From assembly GCA_024137785.1 (NCBI GenBank), contig JAHRHZ010000144.1, forward strand, positions 45,845,151 to 45,909,150: 64,000 nucleotides of DNA, written 5' to 3'. The translations under genes were made by a program, and so were the position numbers. Shown here one piece after another: positions 52,041-62,799 of the stretch. Source of the stretch: Ginglymostoma cirratum. Its lineage: Eukaryota. Numbering within the stretch: the first letter of the stretch is position 1; the number at the start of each line of letters is the position of its first letter. The notes beneath the pieces were generated by a model that saw nothing but the letters and a program-made list of their open reading frames with translations, had not been told where the DNA came from and made no database searches.

Positions 52041-52343
52041 AGAAGAATCCCTACAGTGTGGAAACAGTCCCTTTGGCCCAACAAGTCCACACTGACCCTT
52101 GGAGCATCCCACCCAGACCCATCCCCTTATAACCCACACACCCCTGAACACTATGGGCAATTTAGCATGGCCAATCCACCTAGCCTGCACATCTTTGGAC
52201 TGTGGGAGGAAACCAGAGCAAACCCACACAGACACAGGGAGAAAGTGCAAACTCCACACAGACAGTCACCCGAGGCTGGAATCGAACCCGGGTCCCTGGC
52301 GCTATGAGGCTGCAGTGCTAACCACTGAGCCACCGTGCTGCCC
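52041..52343 (-). mobile_element. HE1-type (V-domain) tRNA SINE, full length, intact Pol III boxes
   Basis: Minus strand GGGCAGCACGGTGGCTCAGTGGTTAGCAC...; A box TGGCTCAGTGG (52322-52332), B box GGTTCGATTCC (52278-52288); CR1-like 3' tail. Confidence 0.9.
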
Positions 52344-53107
52344 TAGAGTGAGCAAAAACTGAGCAAGTCATACTATACATTCCTCACCACCATCTGGCAG
52401 TAGGTTCAAGACCTTCAGTTATGTGAGTCTGGAAATGATTGGTAATTTAGACACAAACGTTTAAAAACTCAATGGAGGGAAGGAGAAGAAAAAGTAATAG
52501 AATTGGAAAAATGGAAGGAATGTCAAAAGAGGAAAACTCCTGGTGATTTTTCTTTACCAAAAATGGCTCCTGTGTCCTTTGATTGATAGAGAAGAGGGAA
52601 TGAAGAAATTGGGACAGAAAAGAGAGAATAACGATGAATGGTGAGAGAAATTAAATGCCAGTAACAAAGATTCATCATACAATTTTAAAAAAATCTGAGA
52701 ATGCCTTTTGATTTAAAAAAGATAAGCAAAAGATTGGATTGGAATTTGTGTAACATAGTGGTCCCATTATGACTACTAGATGTAAAAACAACATACACAG
52801 ATCAATGAGGTTGCATCTACAATATGGCTATGCATTGTAGTTGGCTTATGGTAATCTCATAATAATCTTGTGGTAAATTGAAAACTTTACAAAGTAAAAT
52901 ATTGAACAAGCAATGTCATGACAAATCTATGCAATTTGTAATTCTGAGTTCTGTCGGTGGTAAAATTGTGTGCAATAAATTTCCTAAGTTACTTCCTCCA
53001 TGAGAGTGCTTGGCAATGATAAATGATTTCTGCTATCCCTTGCACATTGTATGACTTCTCTTCTGCTAACCTATCTTTCTTTGTCTACCCTTCTGCTTCC
53101 ATACAAG

Positions 53108-53128
53108 AGGGACCAATCAAGCTGTTCT
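53108..53128 (+). CDS. FMNL2: Candidate alternative 21-nt microexon of FMNL2 (phase 1-1), giving ...GLA-EGPIKLFS-VKIKKP...
   Basis: Branch-like TGCTAAC (53064-53070), long pyrimidine tract, TGC at 53094-53096, acaag|AGGGACCAATCAAGCTGTTCT|gtaggt; frame-preserving with no stop. Confidence 0.75.
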
Positions 53129-54429
53129 GTAGGTTTCTTTACGCTGTATTGATGCATTACACCGTGTCTGTCTTTCAAGCAGTGATATGTGTTGTTGAGT
53201 GTGGTTCTTTCAGTGCATTTTACTCCACAAAATTAGAGCACACCAAGCAGTTTATCTGAATGTGTCCCACAGTTTTTGTGTGTCCAGTAAACTTTGCCTA
53301 CTTGAAATTAATCATAAATTCCGTAACTGCGCTGTTTGATATTTTTATTAAAGATTCCAAGAGTTAGTATAATTGGATGATTCACAGTTTTGTTGAAAAA
53401 GACAATGTTTTTGTTGGTATTATTAAGTACTGAAGTGAATCAGTTCACTTATGTGCAGTAATGATCAGGCTGGGTGGCTGCAACAATCATTTTGTTCTCA
53501 TTCACAGACTCTAAATATAGTATGTGCTTTTGTTTTGTATATTATGGATTGAACTGTGAAAATCTGAATTTGCACTGAAAGATTCTGTGTTTTAGACTAT
53601 TTCTCTTGTTTGTCGTAGACTATGCATGCCCCAAGTAGAAACTCTTGATTTTAATAGAGTTAGCAGGTGTGTTCCATTTGAATGTGTTCACTGCTAATCT
53701 GTTAATTATGAAGTTAGATGACGTAACTGGAGTCAGAGCACTGTAGACCATCATATTTCAACTTAAGTTGCGAATTCAAATTACAGGAAATTGCAACTTG
53801 ATCGTGCAATTGCATGCTTCTGACTTTGAATGATGTATTGAATAACTTGTTGATTTCCAAATGGTTTTGATATTACAGTTGTCTATGCAATACCCTGTAC
53901 ATTCACCAAGACAGTTTTATCACATTTGGTCATTCAGTGATCTGGGAGAAGTTACACGTTCAGTCTGTGCCAAAACTAGCCAACAAAACCTTAGGAATAA
54001 TTTGGTTTTCTCTTAGCCTGGAGCTCTAAATCTAATGGTCTGAAAAGAATTAATATACAACCTGATCTGCAATGCTGCATATCAATATCCAGGTTGTTTC
54101 CCTCAGAGTCAGTGAGGAAAACAATAAAGATAAATTTGCTAATTGACTGTACTATATGCCTCTGTACTCACTAATGGAGCCTCCGAAATTCCAATCATCA
54201 GTAATGTACACTTTCCTAGAATATCGTTTTTATGAAAAGTAATAATAATCAATTAATTTGCCGTAATTAGGTTCTTAGACAATGCAGACTCTTGAATTTT
54301 GTAATTGCATGAGAATGGCTCATACTTACTGATTGCGAGAGCAGTGAACATTTGGACAAAATTTAACTTAGTATGTTCTGATGGCTTAAATGATGATGAT
54401 CAATGTCAAAAGAACTTCTTTTTGTGCAG

Positions 54430-54554
54430 CTGTGAAGATCAAGAAACCTATCAAAACAAAATTCCGTATGCCAGTCTTTAACTGGGTGGCACTGAAGCCC
54501 AATCAGATAAATGGCACTGTGTTCAATGACATTGATGATGAGAGAATTCTAGAG
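54430..54554 (+). CDS. FMNL2: FMNL2 exon (~ex16, 125 nt, phase 1-0): [42 protein letters not shown]
   Basis: gtgcag|CTGTGA ... CTAGAG|gtacat; start of FH2 (lasso). Confidence 0.96.
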
Positions 54555-54704
54555 GTACATCTTCAGTTTAATATTTTTGTACAAGAATACATATGAATTT
54601 GAAACTTATTAGATATTTAAAACCATGTCTGCTGATTTACGTTTCCACTAAGTTGAGTAAATGGAGCACTACATTTGCCTATGTGTATGAATTTTACTTT
54701 ACAG

Positions 54705-54907
54705 GAACTGAATGTGGATGAGTTTGAAGAAATATTTAAAACAAAAGCTCAAGGGCCGGCCATGGATGTAGTTTCTAATAGACAAAAGGTGATCCAAAGG
54801 GGATCAAACAAAGTGACGTTGCTTGATCCCAACAGAGCCAAGAATCTTGCCATCACATTGCGAAAGGCAGGAAAAACCACTGATGAAATATGCAGAGCTA
54901 TCCAAAT
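54705..54907 (+). CDS. FMNL2: FMNL2 exon (~ex17, 203 nt, phase 0-2): [18 protein letters not shown]...[25 protein letters not shown]
   Basis: ttacag|GAACTG ... CAAAT|gtgagt; preceded by a 150-nt intron. Confidence 0.96.
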
Positions 54908-55109
54908 GTGAGTAATTGAAATCTCTTCAGCAAACAAAATCTTGCTGATCTACATTTTCAATCTTTTGTCTTGAGAGGAGAGAGGAGATTATTTAGTTTT
55001 TCTCTGTTTTCACCTCTCTATTACAATATTTTCAATATGTATGCTTGCTGTATACAGTCTTGAGGATTGGGAGAGTTTTTAAATTTAGCAAATGAGAACC
55101 AAGTTGTCA

Positions 55110-55625
55110 ACAACACTAGAGGGAATAGAATCTGAATGTAAACTAGCAAGCTTACATTATGAACATAGGAACAGATGTAAAATCTACTATAGAGATGTAA
55201 AAAGGAAATGTTAACAAAAAAGTAAATGTGAGTCCTTTACAGGCAGAGTCAAGACAATTTATGATGGGAAATAAGGAAATAGAAAAGAAGCGAAATAATT
55301 ATTTTGTGTCTGCCTTCACAGAGGAAGGTACAAGAAATCTCAAATAATAGAAATACAAAGGATTAGTGAGAATAACGAACTGAAAGAAATTATTATTAGT
55401 AAAAATGTAGTACCAAAGAAATAAGCGGGGATGAAAGTTGACAAGTACCTGGTGATCTACGTCCTAGAGTGTTCAAAAATGTGGCTATAAAAATAGCGAA
55501 AGTATTGTTGGTCATCTTTCAAAATTCTGTAGACTCTGGAATAGTACCTGCAGATTAGAAGGTTGCAGATTTAACACCACTATCTAAGAAAGGCGGAACG
55601 GAGAAAACGTGGAACTACAAACCTT
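55110..55625 (+). mobile_element. CR1 ORF2 middle fragment
   Basis: GTACCTGCAGATTAGAAGGTTGCAGATTTAACACCACTATCTAAGAAAGGC...AACTACAAACC corresponds to VPxDWKxANVTPLFKKG...NYRP. Confidence 0.7.
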
Positions 55626-55916
55626 ATCAATTCTTTCAGTAGTTCAACAGGTTTATTCAAGTGAATAGCTATGAAAAAACACCCCAGCAAGGAATGTGTC
55701 CTTAGAACAGGGCCGACGAGAGGAAAATTTTAAAATTGGACTGAACCTGTCAATAGTATGTTCAAACTTAATGTTTTTCTCTGTAAATAAAAATGACTTT
55801 GTAATGATTATGACATTATATGTTGCTTACCTTTGTGTATTAGAAATATTCTCCTACTGAAAGAAATAATGCATTTATCTTAATTTGTGTTTGAATTTTT
55901 GTTTGATTTCTATTAG

Positions 55917-56151
55917 GTTTGACCTGAAAACATTACCTGTAGACTTTGTTGAGTGCCTGATGAGGTTCTTGCCAACAGAAAATGAGGTTAAGGTTCTGAG
56001 ACAGTATGAAAGAGAGAGGAAGCCATTGGAGAATCTAACAGACGAAGACCGGTTTATGATGCAGTTCAGTAAAGTTGAAAGACTAATGCAGAGAATGACC
56101 ATTATGGCATTCATTGGAAACTTTACAGAGAGTGTTCAGATGCTGACACCA
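55917..56151 (+). CDS. FMNL2: FMNL2 exon (~ex18, 235 nt, phase 2-0): [23 protein letters not shown]...[13 protein letters not shown]
   Basis: tattag|GTTTGA ... ACACCA|gtaagt; FH2. Confidence 0.96.
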
Positions 56152-56589
56152 GTAAGTACTTGACTCCATGACAATCTAAATTTTAATTGGTTGAAAGATT
56201 TATCTTTGCTCCCACACATTCCTCTTTGAACTTATCCCATGTCCCTCCTGATCTCATCTAATCCTTGTGACCACCTCTTATTTTCTCAACATGATCACAG
56301 CTACACTGCTAATTATGCAGTTCCGCTGGCTAATACTGTAAATTGCCTCTCCTTTGGTGTGTTCCCTATCTTCCTTTTAATCTCTGCAATCATCTTTGAT
56401 AAAGAAAAAAGTCAGTTATCACTCCTGCTGTACTTTTAATGTACCAAACCCATCTCCAACTTCACTTCTTTACCCAAAGTCTTTGAAAGTCTTAATCGTT
56501 CTCAAATGAATGTTCATTTTTTGCAGGACAATTGTATATTTGAACCTCTGTAATCGTGTATCTAGCTGATATGGCTCTTTATCTACAAC

Positions 56590-57885
56590 AGGTACCTGGA
56601 TTGAAATAGATGAATAGGCTACCCCAAGGGTCTGTCTTGGCCACAACCCTGTTAAACCAGCACACCAATTTATCTAGCATTAAACCAGTCCCAGAGGTTT
56701 ACCTATGCTTAGATATACCTAGACCAGTTGTTAGTTTTAAAGCTGAGATAAACACATTTTTGTTAAGCAAAGATATTAATGAATATAGGCCAAAAGCAGG
56801 TATATGAAGTTAGGCCACATGATCTCATTAAACAGCAGAACAGGCTCAAGGGGCTGAATGGCCTACTCTTGTTCCTATGTTCCCATGTTCCTGTGTCACA
56901 GACTGAAGTATGTCAGGAGCCAGAAGGTGCATTAAGTTATGACATTGCAAAGTGTGCTGACTACTGGACAACATGATGCCTAAAACTAAGAAAAAGTTAA
57001 AAATCTCTAGCACGTTTTACCTTCACGATTTCAATGCTAAGAGGATACTGAACATAGCCTTAGATGCCCAGAGTCTAGAGCAGGAACACCATCCTGTTTT
57101 ATCTAGATGGCTTTCTTGACTGAACCCTCACATGCAGACAGCACCTGACTTCAAGACTGAAGAAAAAATTAAAATGACAACACAACAATAGACAAAAGCA
57201 ACGACAACAGTAAACCAACCAGTACCTTATAAGGATTAAAGACCAAAATAGTGAGGACCCCTCATGTACTCGACTCCCAAATACGGCATTATAGGTATGG
57301 TACCAAACTGCCCACATCAAACTTATTGATGTACAATTTAACTAACTAGCATGCACTATCACAGATACTCATCAACTAACACACCTCCCCTGATACTCAG
57401 TAGTGAACAATTTTGTATCCCAACCAACCCTCACATGAAGATGGCATATGTTAACAGGCAAGCTACTGGTGAAGCTGTACTCCAACCTAGGTCTGCCCAT
57501 TTTCAATCACCACCTGACCCCACCAGCACTTCATATTTCCTCATGTTAAACCCACCATGACAACGAGGACTAGCTGAGGACCTCTGACAGAAAGTATATC
57601 AGGAGAAAACTTCCATCAGAAACCACGTTCTCATTGTCGACCCTGCTGCTTGTCCAGCCAGCCTTCATCTCCCATGGTGATAGTGGATCCTTTTAAAACT
57701 ATTTCCAGACTGGTGTAGGCCTCTGTGCAGCTGTCCGTCACCAGTGAGATTGCCAAGACCATCCACTGCAACTTTCAGGCAGTCCAGCTATTGACTCAGC
57801 TTGAAAGTGTGCTCAAAGAAGTCCTTCTACCACTGACAAGGCTTTTGCTTGGCTCTCAGATAACGCAAATGCTAAATAAGTAAAT
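56590..57885 (+). mobile_element. Decayed Vingi/Ingi-like non-LTR retrotransposon (RT to 3' end)
   Basis: NRLPQGSVLATTLLNQHTN; ALSYDIAKCADYW; remnants like FYLHDFNAKRILNIALDAQSLEQEHHPV; C-terminal FQTGVGLCAA; TAAATAAGTAAAT tail. Confidence 0.6.
56724..56891 (+). mobile_element. CR1 3' end nested in the Vingi-like element
   Basis: TTTAAAGCTGAGATAAACACATTTTTG...GGGGCTGAATGGCCTACTCTTGTTCCTATGTTCC. Confidence 0.75.
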
Positions 57886-57949
57886 TACTGCTGAAATCAC
57901 AGTGATTGAAGTTTGGTTTATCAAGAATTGGTTAAGTTGTGAATCATGC

Positions 57950-59612
57950 AAGAATGTAGCTCAGGAAAGGGTAGGTCCACTCAAGGACAAAGGAGGGAGT
58001 TTATGCGTGGAGCCAGAGGAAGTAGGTGAGGTGCTTAATGGGTACTTTCTCCTTGGTGAATACCAATTCAGGAACATGGATGATAGTAAGATTAGGAAGG
58101 GGCATGTTGATATTCTGATAAATGTCGATATTGAGGAGGAGGTGCTGACTGTCTTGCAAAACATTTAAAGTAAATGTCTCACCAGGGCCTGATGGGGTCT
58201 ATGCCAGGAAATTGAAGGAGGAAAGGGAAGAGTTTGCTGGGGCCTTGACAGAGATCTTTGCATTCTCTTTAGCCACAGGCCACAGAAGAATGGCAAATAG
58301 GTAATGTTGTTCCTTTGTTTAAGAAGGGAAATTATAGGCCAGTCAGCCTTATATCAGTGGTATTTGGACTTATTTGGGATAGTCAGCATGACTTCATGAG
58401 GGGGAAGTCTTATTTCTCAAATTTGAGTTTTTTGAGGAATTAATGAAGACGATAGAGGGTAGGGCAGCGGGCTGTTGTCGACATGGATTTTATTAAAGCG
58501 TTTGACAAGGTCCCTCATGGTAGATTGGTCCAGAAGATTAAGTCATATGGGATCCACAGTGAGCAAGCTGGATGCAAAACTGGCTTGGTCACAGAACACA
58601 GGTTTAGTTGTGGAAGGGTGTTTTTTCTGACTGGAGGTGTTCTGCAAAGATCATTACTGGGATCTTTGTTGTTTGCAATATATATATATAAATGATTTGG
58701 ATAAAATGTAGGTGGGCTGATTAGTAATCTCGTAGATGATACAAAAATTGATGGAGTTGTAGATAGTCAAGAAGTTTATCAAGGTACAGCAGGATATAGA
58801 TCGGTTGGAAAATTGGACGGAGAAATGGCAGATGGTGCTTAATCCAGATAAGTGTCAGGTGATATATTTTGGAGATCAAATACAAGACGAAAGTATACCA
58901 TGAATGGCAAGCCCCATAAGAGCACTGATATATAGGGGGATCTTGGGGTGGAAGTCCATGGCTTCATGAAACTGGCAACACAAGTGGATGAGGCGCTAAA
59001 GAAGGAATACAGCATGCTTGCCTGCATCGGTTGGGGCATAAAGTATAAAAGTTGCAAAGTCATGTTTTAGTTGTATAAGACCTTAGTTAGGCCACATTTG
59101 GAGTATGGTGTGCAGTTCTGGTCACCACACTAAAGGATGGAATTGGAGGCTTAGGAGAAAATGCAAAAGAGATTTACCAGGACGTTGCTATGAGGAGAGG
59201 TTGGACAGACTTAGATTGTTTTTGCTAGAGTGTCAAAGGCTGAGGGGTGACTTGATAGAAATATATTAAATTAGGAGAGGCATGGAGGGGATGGATAGTT
59301 GGAGTCTTTTTCCCAGGTCACAAATGTCAAATACAAGGGGGCGTAGGTTTCAGGTGCAAGGGGAAATGTTTAAAAGAGATGTGTGAGGAAGGAGGGCACA
59401 CAGAGGGTAGTAGGTACCTGGAACACACTGCCAGGGTGGTAGAAGCAGATATAACAGCAACATTTAAGAGGCATTTAGACTGACACATGGACAGGCAGAG
59501 AATAGAGGGATATGGACCATGTGCAGACAGATGGAATTTGTTCAGAGCGACATCATGGTCAGCACAGTTATCGTGGGCTGAAGGGTCTGCTCCTCTGCTG
59601 TACTGTTCTATG
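57950..59612 (+). mobile_element. CR1 LINE ORF2 3' half to tail, decayed
   Basis: ERVGPLKDKGGSLCVEPEEVGEVLNGYF; MDFIKAFDKVPHGRLVQKIKSYGI; ends CTGCTGTACTGTTCTATG. Confidence 0.9.
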
Positions 59613-59986
59613 CAAAACAACAAACCAGCTCGGCAAGCCAGCCAACCTCAGCATGTCCTATCGCTGAAACGAATGTTGTAATGTACGAGGCATTCAGCCT
59701 TGGAAAGCATCACAAATGAGACTAATTCTGTCATTAGCAAATACCAACATGATAAACAGGAAAGGGTACTATATCAGAAATCATGCATTCACTATGGCCA
59801 AGGCCTAACAATTCGGTGGCATAAATTGAATTTCTGACTTTTCTGTATAACTCAACCTCCCTGCTTCAAACAACTATTTTGATAAAGTGAATCTCTCAGT
59901 GCAAAGCTTGCTAATTTGTGAATTATTAAGAATGCAGCTCATTTTTAAACCCAGTTAATCATTAGCCTTCTTTCTTTCTGCTTTAG

Positions 59987-60055
59987 CAACTCCATGCTGT
60001 AATAGCTGCGTCTGTATCAATAAAAGCATCTCAAAAATTGAAGAAAATTCTGGAG
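59987..60055 (+). CDS. FMNL2: FMNL2 exon (~ex19, 69 nt, phase 0-0): [23 protein letters not shown]
   Basis: ctttag|CAACTC ... CTGGAG|gtaagt; FH2. Confidence 0.96.
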
Positions 60056-60196
60056 GTAAGTTGCAATTATCTTAATGTCTGATAGTATAACTCTACCTAG
60101 AACAGAAATAAGACAATAGTATTCTTGCAAGTGGGGTTATTTTCAAACCATTCTTGTAAAAACTATACACTAAAATATGAAAAGTATATATCCTTA

Positions 60197-60482
60197 TTAA
60201 ACAGATTTAAGGTGAGAGGGGAAAAATTTAAAAGGGACCTAAGGGGCAACTTTTCCACGCAGAGGGTGGTGCATGTAAGGAATGAGCTGCCAGAGGAAAT
60301 GGTGGAGGCTGGTATAGTTACAACACTTAAAAGGCATCTGGATGGGTTTATGAATAGGAAGGGTTTAGAGGGATATGGGCCAAATGCTGGCAAATGGGAC
60401 TAAATTTACTTAGGATATCTGGTCAGCATGAATGAGTTGGACTGACGAGTCTGTTTCTGCGCTGTACATCTCCATGACTCTG
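60197..60482 (+). mobile_element. Young CR1 (HER1-like) 3' fragment, inverted relative to 44369-44645
   Basis: RFKVRGEKFKRDLRGNFSTQRVVHVRNELPEEMVEAG...YGPNAGKWD*, nearly the same C-terminus as ORF 44449-45000. Confidence 0.92.
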
Positions 60483-61048
60483 TCTACCCTGGTGTTGCTA
60501 ATGGTGAGTTTGGAAGTTGGACTGAGTTAGAACAATAAGGGTGTCACTGTGAAAGTGTGATGGGGGGAAATATTCAAGGAAATGAGTGCAGCACTTGGAG
60601 GAAATACATGCCATATGTAAGACTTTTAATGCATAAAATAACACCTTAAGTTTGCTTTTGTCATTTTCAACACACAATGCTTTAGAATCTTAACCGTACC
60701 TAACTTGATTTTCCACTCTCTGAGTTACTGAGAATAACAGTGAACATGATAAGCTAATTCAGCAAGAGTCCAAAACTCAGTTTCTAGCCATTGAGCTATC
60801 CTCTCCTTGAATGGCGAAATTACTTCCTTGCTGTCAGGTGGCAAAAAGTCTATCTGCATGTATTTGCATCTCATTAATTGCACAACTCACTGAAATTAAC
60901 TTCCCCTTCCCATTAACTTCTGCCCATTTGAAATGTGCGATGCTTCAGGTAACTCAACCACACAAGCCAAATGTGCATCTGTCAACTTTGCTGTTTAACC
61001 TTAGTGCAGATGAGTACACCGCTGTGGCTGCCTTTACCGAAACCTTTT

Positions 61049-61570
61049 TAGAACATAGAACATAGAACATAGAACAATACAGCGCAGAACAAGCCCTTCG
61101 GCCCTCGATGTTACGCCGACCTGTGACCTAATCTAAGCCCATCCCCCTAGACTATCCCATCATCATCCATATGCTTATCCAAGGACTGTTTAAATGCCCC
61201 TAATGTGGCTGAGTTAACTACATTGGCAGGCAGGGCGTTCCACACCCTTACCACTCTCTGAGTAAAGAACCTGCCTCTGACATCTGTCTTAAATCTATCA
61301 CCCCTCAATTTGCAGCTATGCCCCCTCGTACTAGCCGACGTCATCATCCTAGGAAAAAGACTCTCACTGGCCACCCTATCTAATCCTCTGATCATCTTGT
61401 ATGTCTCTATTAAATCCCCTCTTAGCCTTCTTCTCTCCAATGAGAACAGACCCAAGTCCCTCAGCCTTTCCTCATAAGACCTTCGCTCCAGACCAGGCAA
61501 CATCCTGGTAAATCTCCTCTGCACCTTTTCCAATGCTTCCACATCCTTCCTGTAATGGGGCGACCAGAAT
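61049..61570 (-). mobile_element. Young CR1 3' fragment with (TAGAACA)4 tail
   Basis: Uninterrupted ORF 61147-61542 ALEKVQRRFTRMLPGL...RRRLRGDLIETYK...FFTQRVVRVWNALP. Confidence 0.92.
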
Positions 61571-61904
61571 GGCTTTTAATGGCTCTTGTCTTCACTTTTA
61601 CTGTAACCTTTACAACTGGAGTAGGTGCTTCCGTCGGACTAAAGCATGATGTTTTTGTGGTCCATCACTCCACCTAGTTGGAGAATGGTAATGTACCAGT
61701 TGTAGCTTCACAGATGACACCTTATCAGACAGGGTCAAGTAGCAGCTTGAATGGTATTTGAGTGCAAGAGGCAAGGCAGGGGCATGTGGCTGTAGGAAAC
61801 AGTGAAGCTTCATTGTGAGTGTAGGAGAGAGCTGGAGGGGTGGTGGCGGTAAATGTTGCTGTACTGCACTGCTGCATCAAAGCCAGTTGTTTACACTAGA
61901 AACA

Positions 61905-62030
61905 TAACATGGACGTGCCGCTGTTGGACTAGAATAAACAAGGTGAGGAGTCACACAATGCCAGGTTATAGTCCAACAGGTTTATTTGAAATCATAAGCT
62001 TTCTGAGTGTTGCTCCTTCGTCAGGTGAAG
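61905..62030 (-). mobile_element. Penelope-type hammerhead-bearing arm (family C)
   Basis: Shares CCAGGTTATAGTCCAACAGGTTTATTTGAAATC with 37631-37829; minus strand CTGACGA-A-GGAGCAACACTCA-GAAA-GCTT at 61996-62024. Confidence 0.72.
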
Positions 62031-62799
62031 GGAGGAGACATGCTTAGTGAGGTGATGGTCGACTCCATTCAGTCAGGAGGTAGCACCACAATCATTTGAG
62101 GAGCTGGGCCAATTACAACACTCAGGAAGGTGTTCCAATGCAAATCTGGGGTTTGGCACCTTTTCAGTCTAGGGATTGAGCCACAGTCAGTCCTGGAGGT
62201 CAATCAAAATCAGTCCATACTTTGCTGGTTGGATGGTCAGGATTGGTCAATGGATGGGCTGTGGTCAGTTAGGAAGGTAGATCCATCACAATGCAAGAGT
62301 GTTCTTGGGTCAGTTCATTGTCATTTTCGAGGCAGCTTCAGTCCATTTTATGGATGGCTTGGTTGTATAAGAGACCAGCAATTTTTATTTTGAAAGGGGT
62401 CAAGAGTTAAATGTTGGAATGTGAGCTCATGCAGAGGGCTACTCCTGTAATTGGGAGTCCCATCATGATACATTGTTATCTATCTGTCTTCAGTTCACAC
62501 TTATGCAGCTTATCGATACACCTTGTAATATCTTACCCCTTTCTGTGGCTATGTTCACACCTGTGTATGGAGAGTTAGCATATTGCATCCACTGGAATGT
62601 TTAAAGCTGTCTGTGATTGATGCACACAGAGTGCATCAAATTTCAATTAAATTTTGTAAGTTTGGTTTGAACATTTGACTTTTGTTGTAGAGCCCCTGAA
62701 GAACTTACCCTTTAATTTGATTCAATTTGGTTTCGTTTGTTTAAACTGATCTTAAAAGCGTACCTCATCATATCCAATTCTGACCACGCTTTGACCATG

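Larger units (their letters stand above)
2459..60055 (+). other. FMNL2: FMNL2 gene body (partial: ~exons 3-19; 5' and 3' ends outside window)
   Basis: 17 AG/GT-bounded exons with compatible phases splice to 2226 nt without a stop. Segments such as [45 protein letters not shown] and [24 protein letters not shown] match FMNL2 as I recall it, better than FMNL1/FMNL3. Confidence 0.95.

Noticed and set aside
51852-52362. Several overlapping 60-135 aa ORFs and a tRNA-like sequence
   Set aside because: All derive from the HE1-type SINE; the tRNA-like head runs into a SINE body and is not a tRNA gene.
53590-53670. Acceptor-like tract ttctcttgtttgtcgtag as a second microexon
   Set aside because: In-frame TAG after a few codons and no frame-preserving donor nearby.
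2459-60055. Gene could be FMNL1 or FMNL3
   Set aside because: The exon 6 peptide ([23 protein letters not shown]), [11 protein letters not shown] and KFRMPVFNW match FMNL2 as remembered; a phylogeny would be the formal test.
61049-61077. (TAGAACA)4 and similar short arrays (e.g. 31258) as CRISPR-like or regulatory repeats
   Set aside because: No spacers; these are the 3' tandem-repeat tails of CR1 LINEs in a vertebrate genome.
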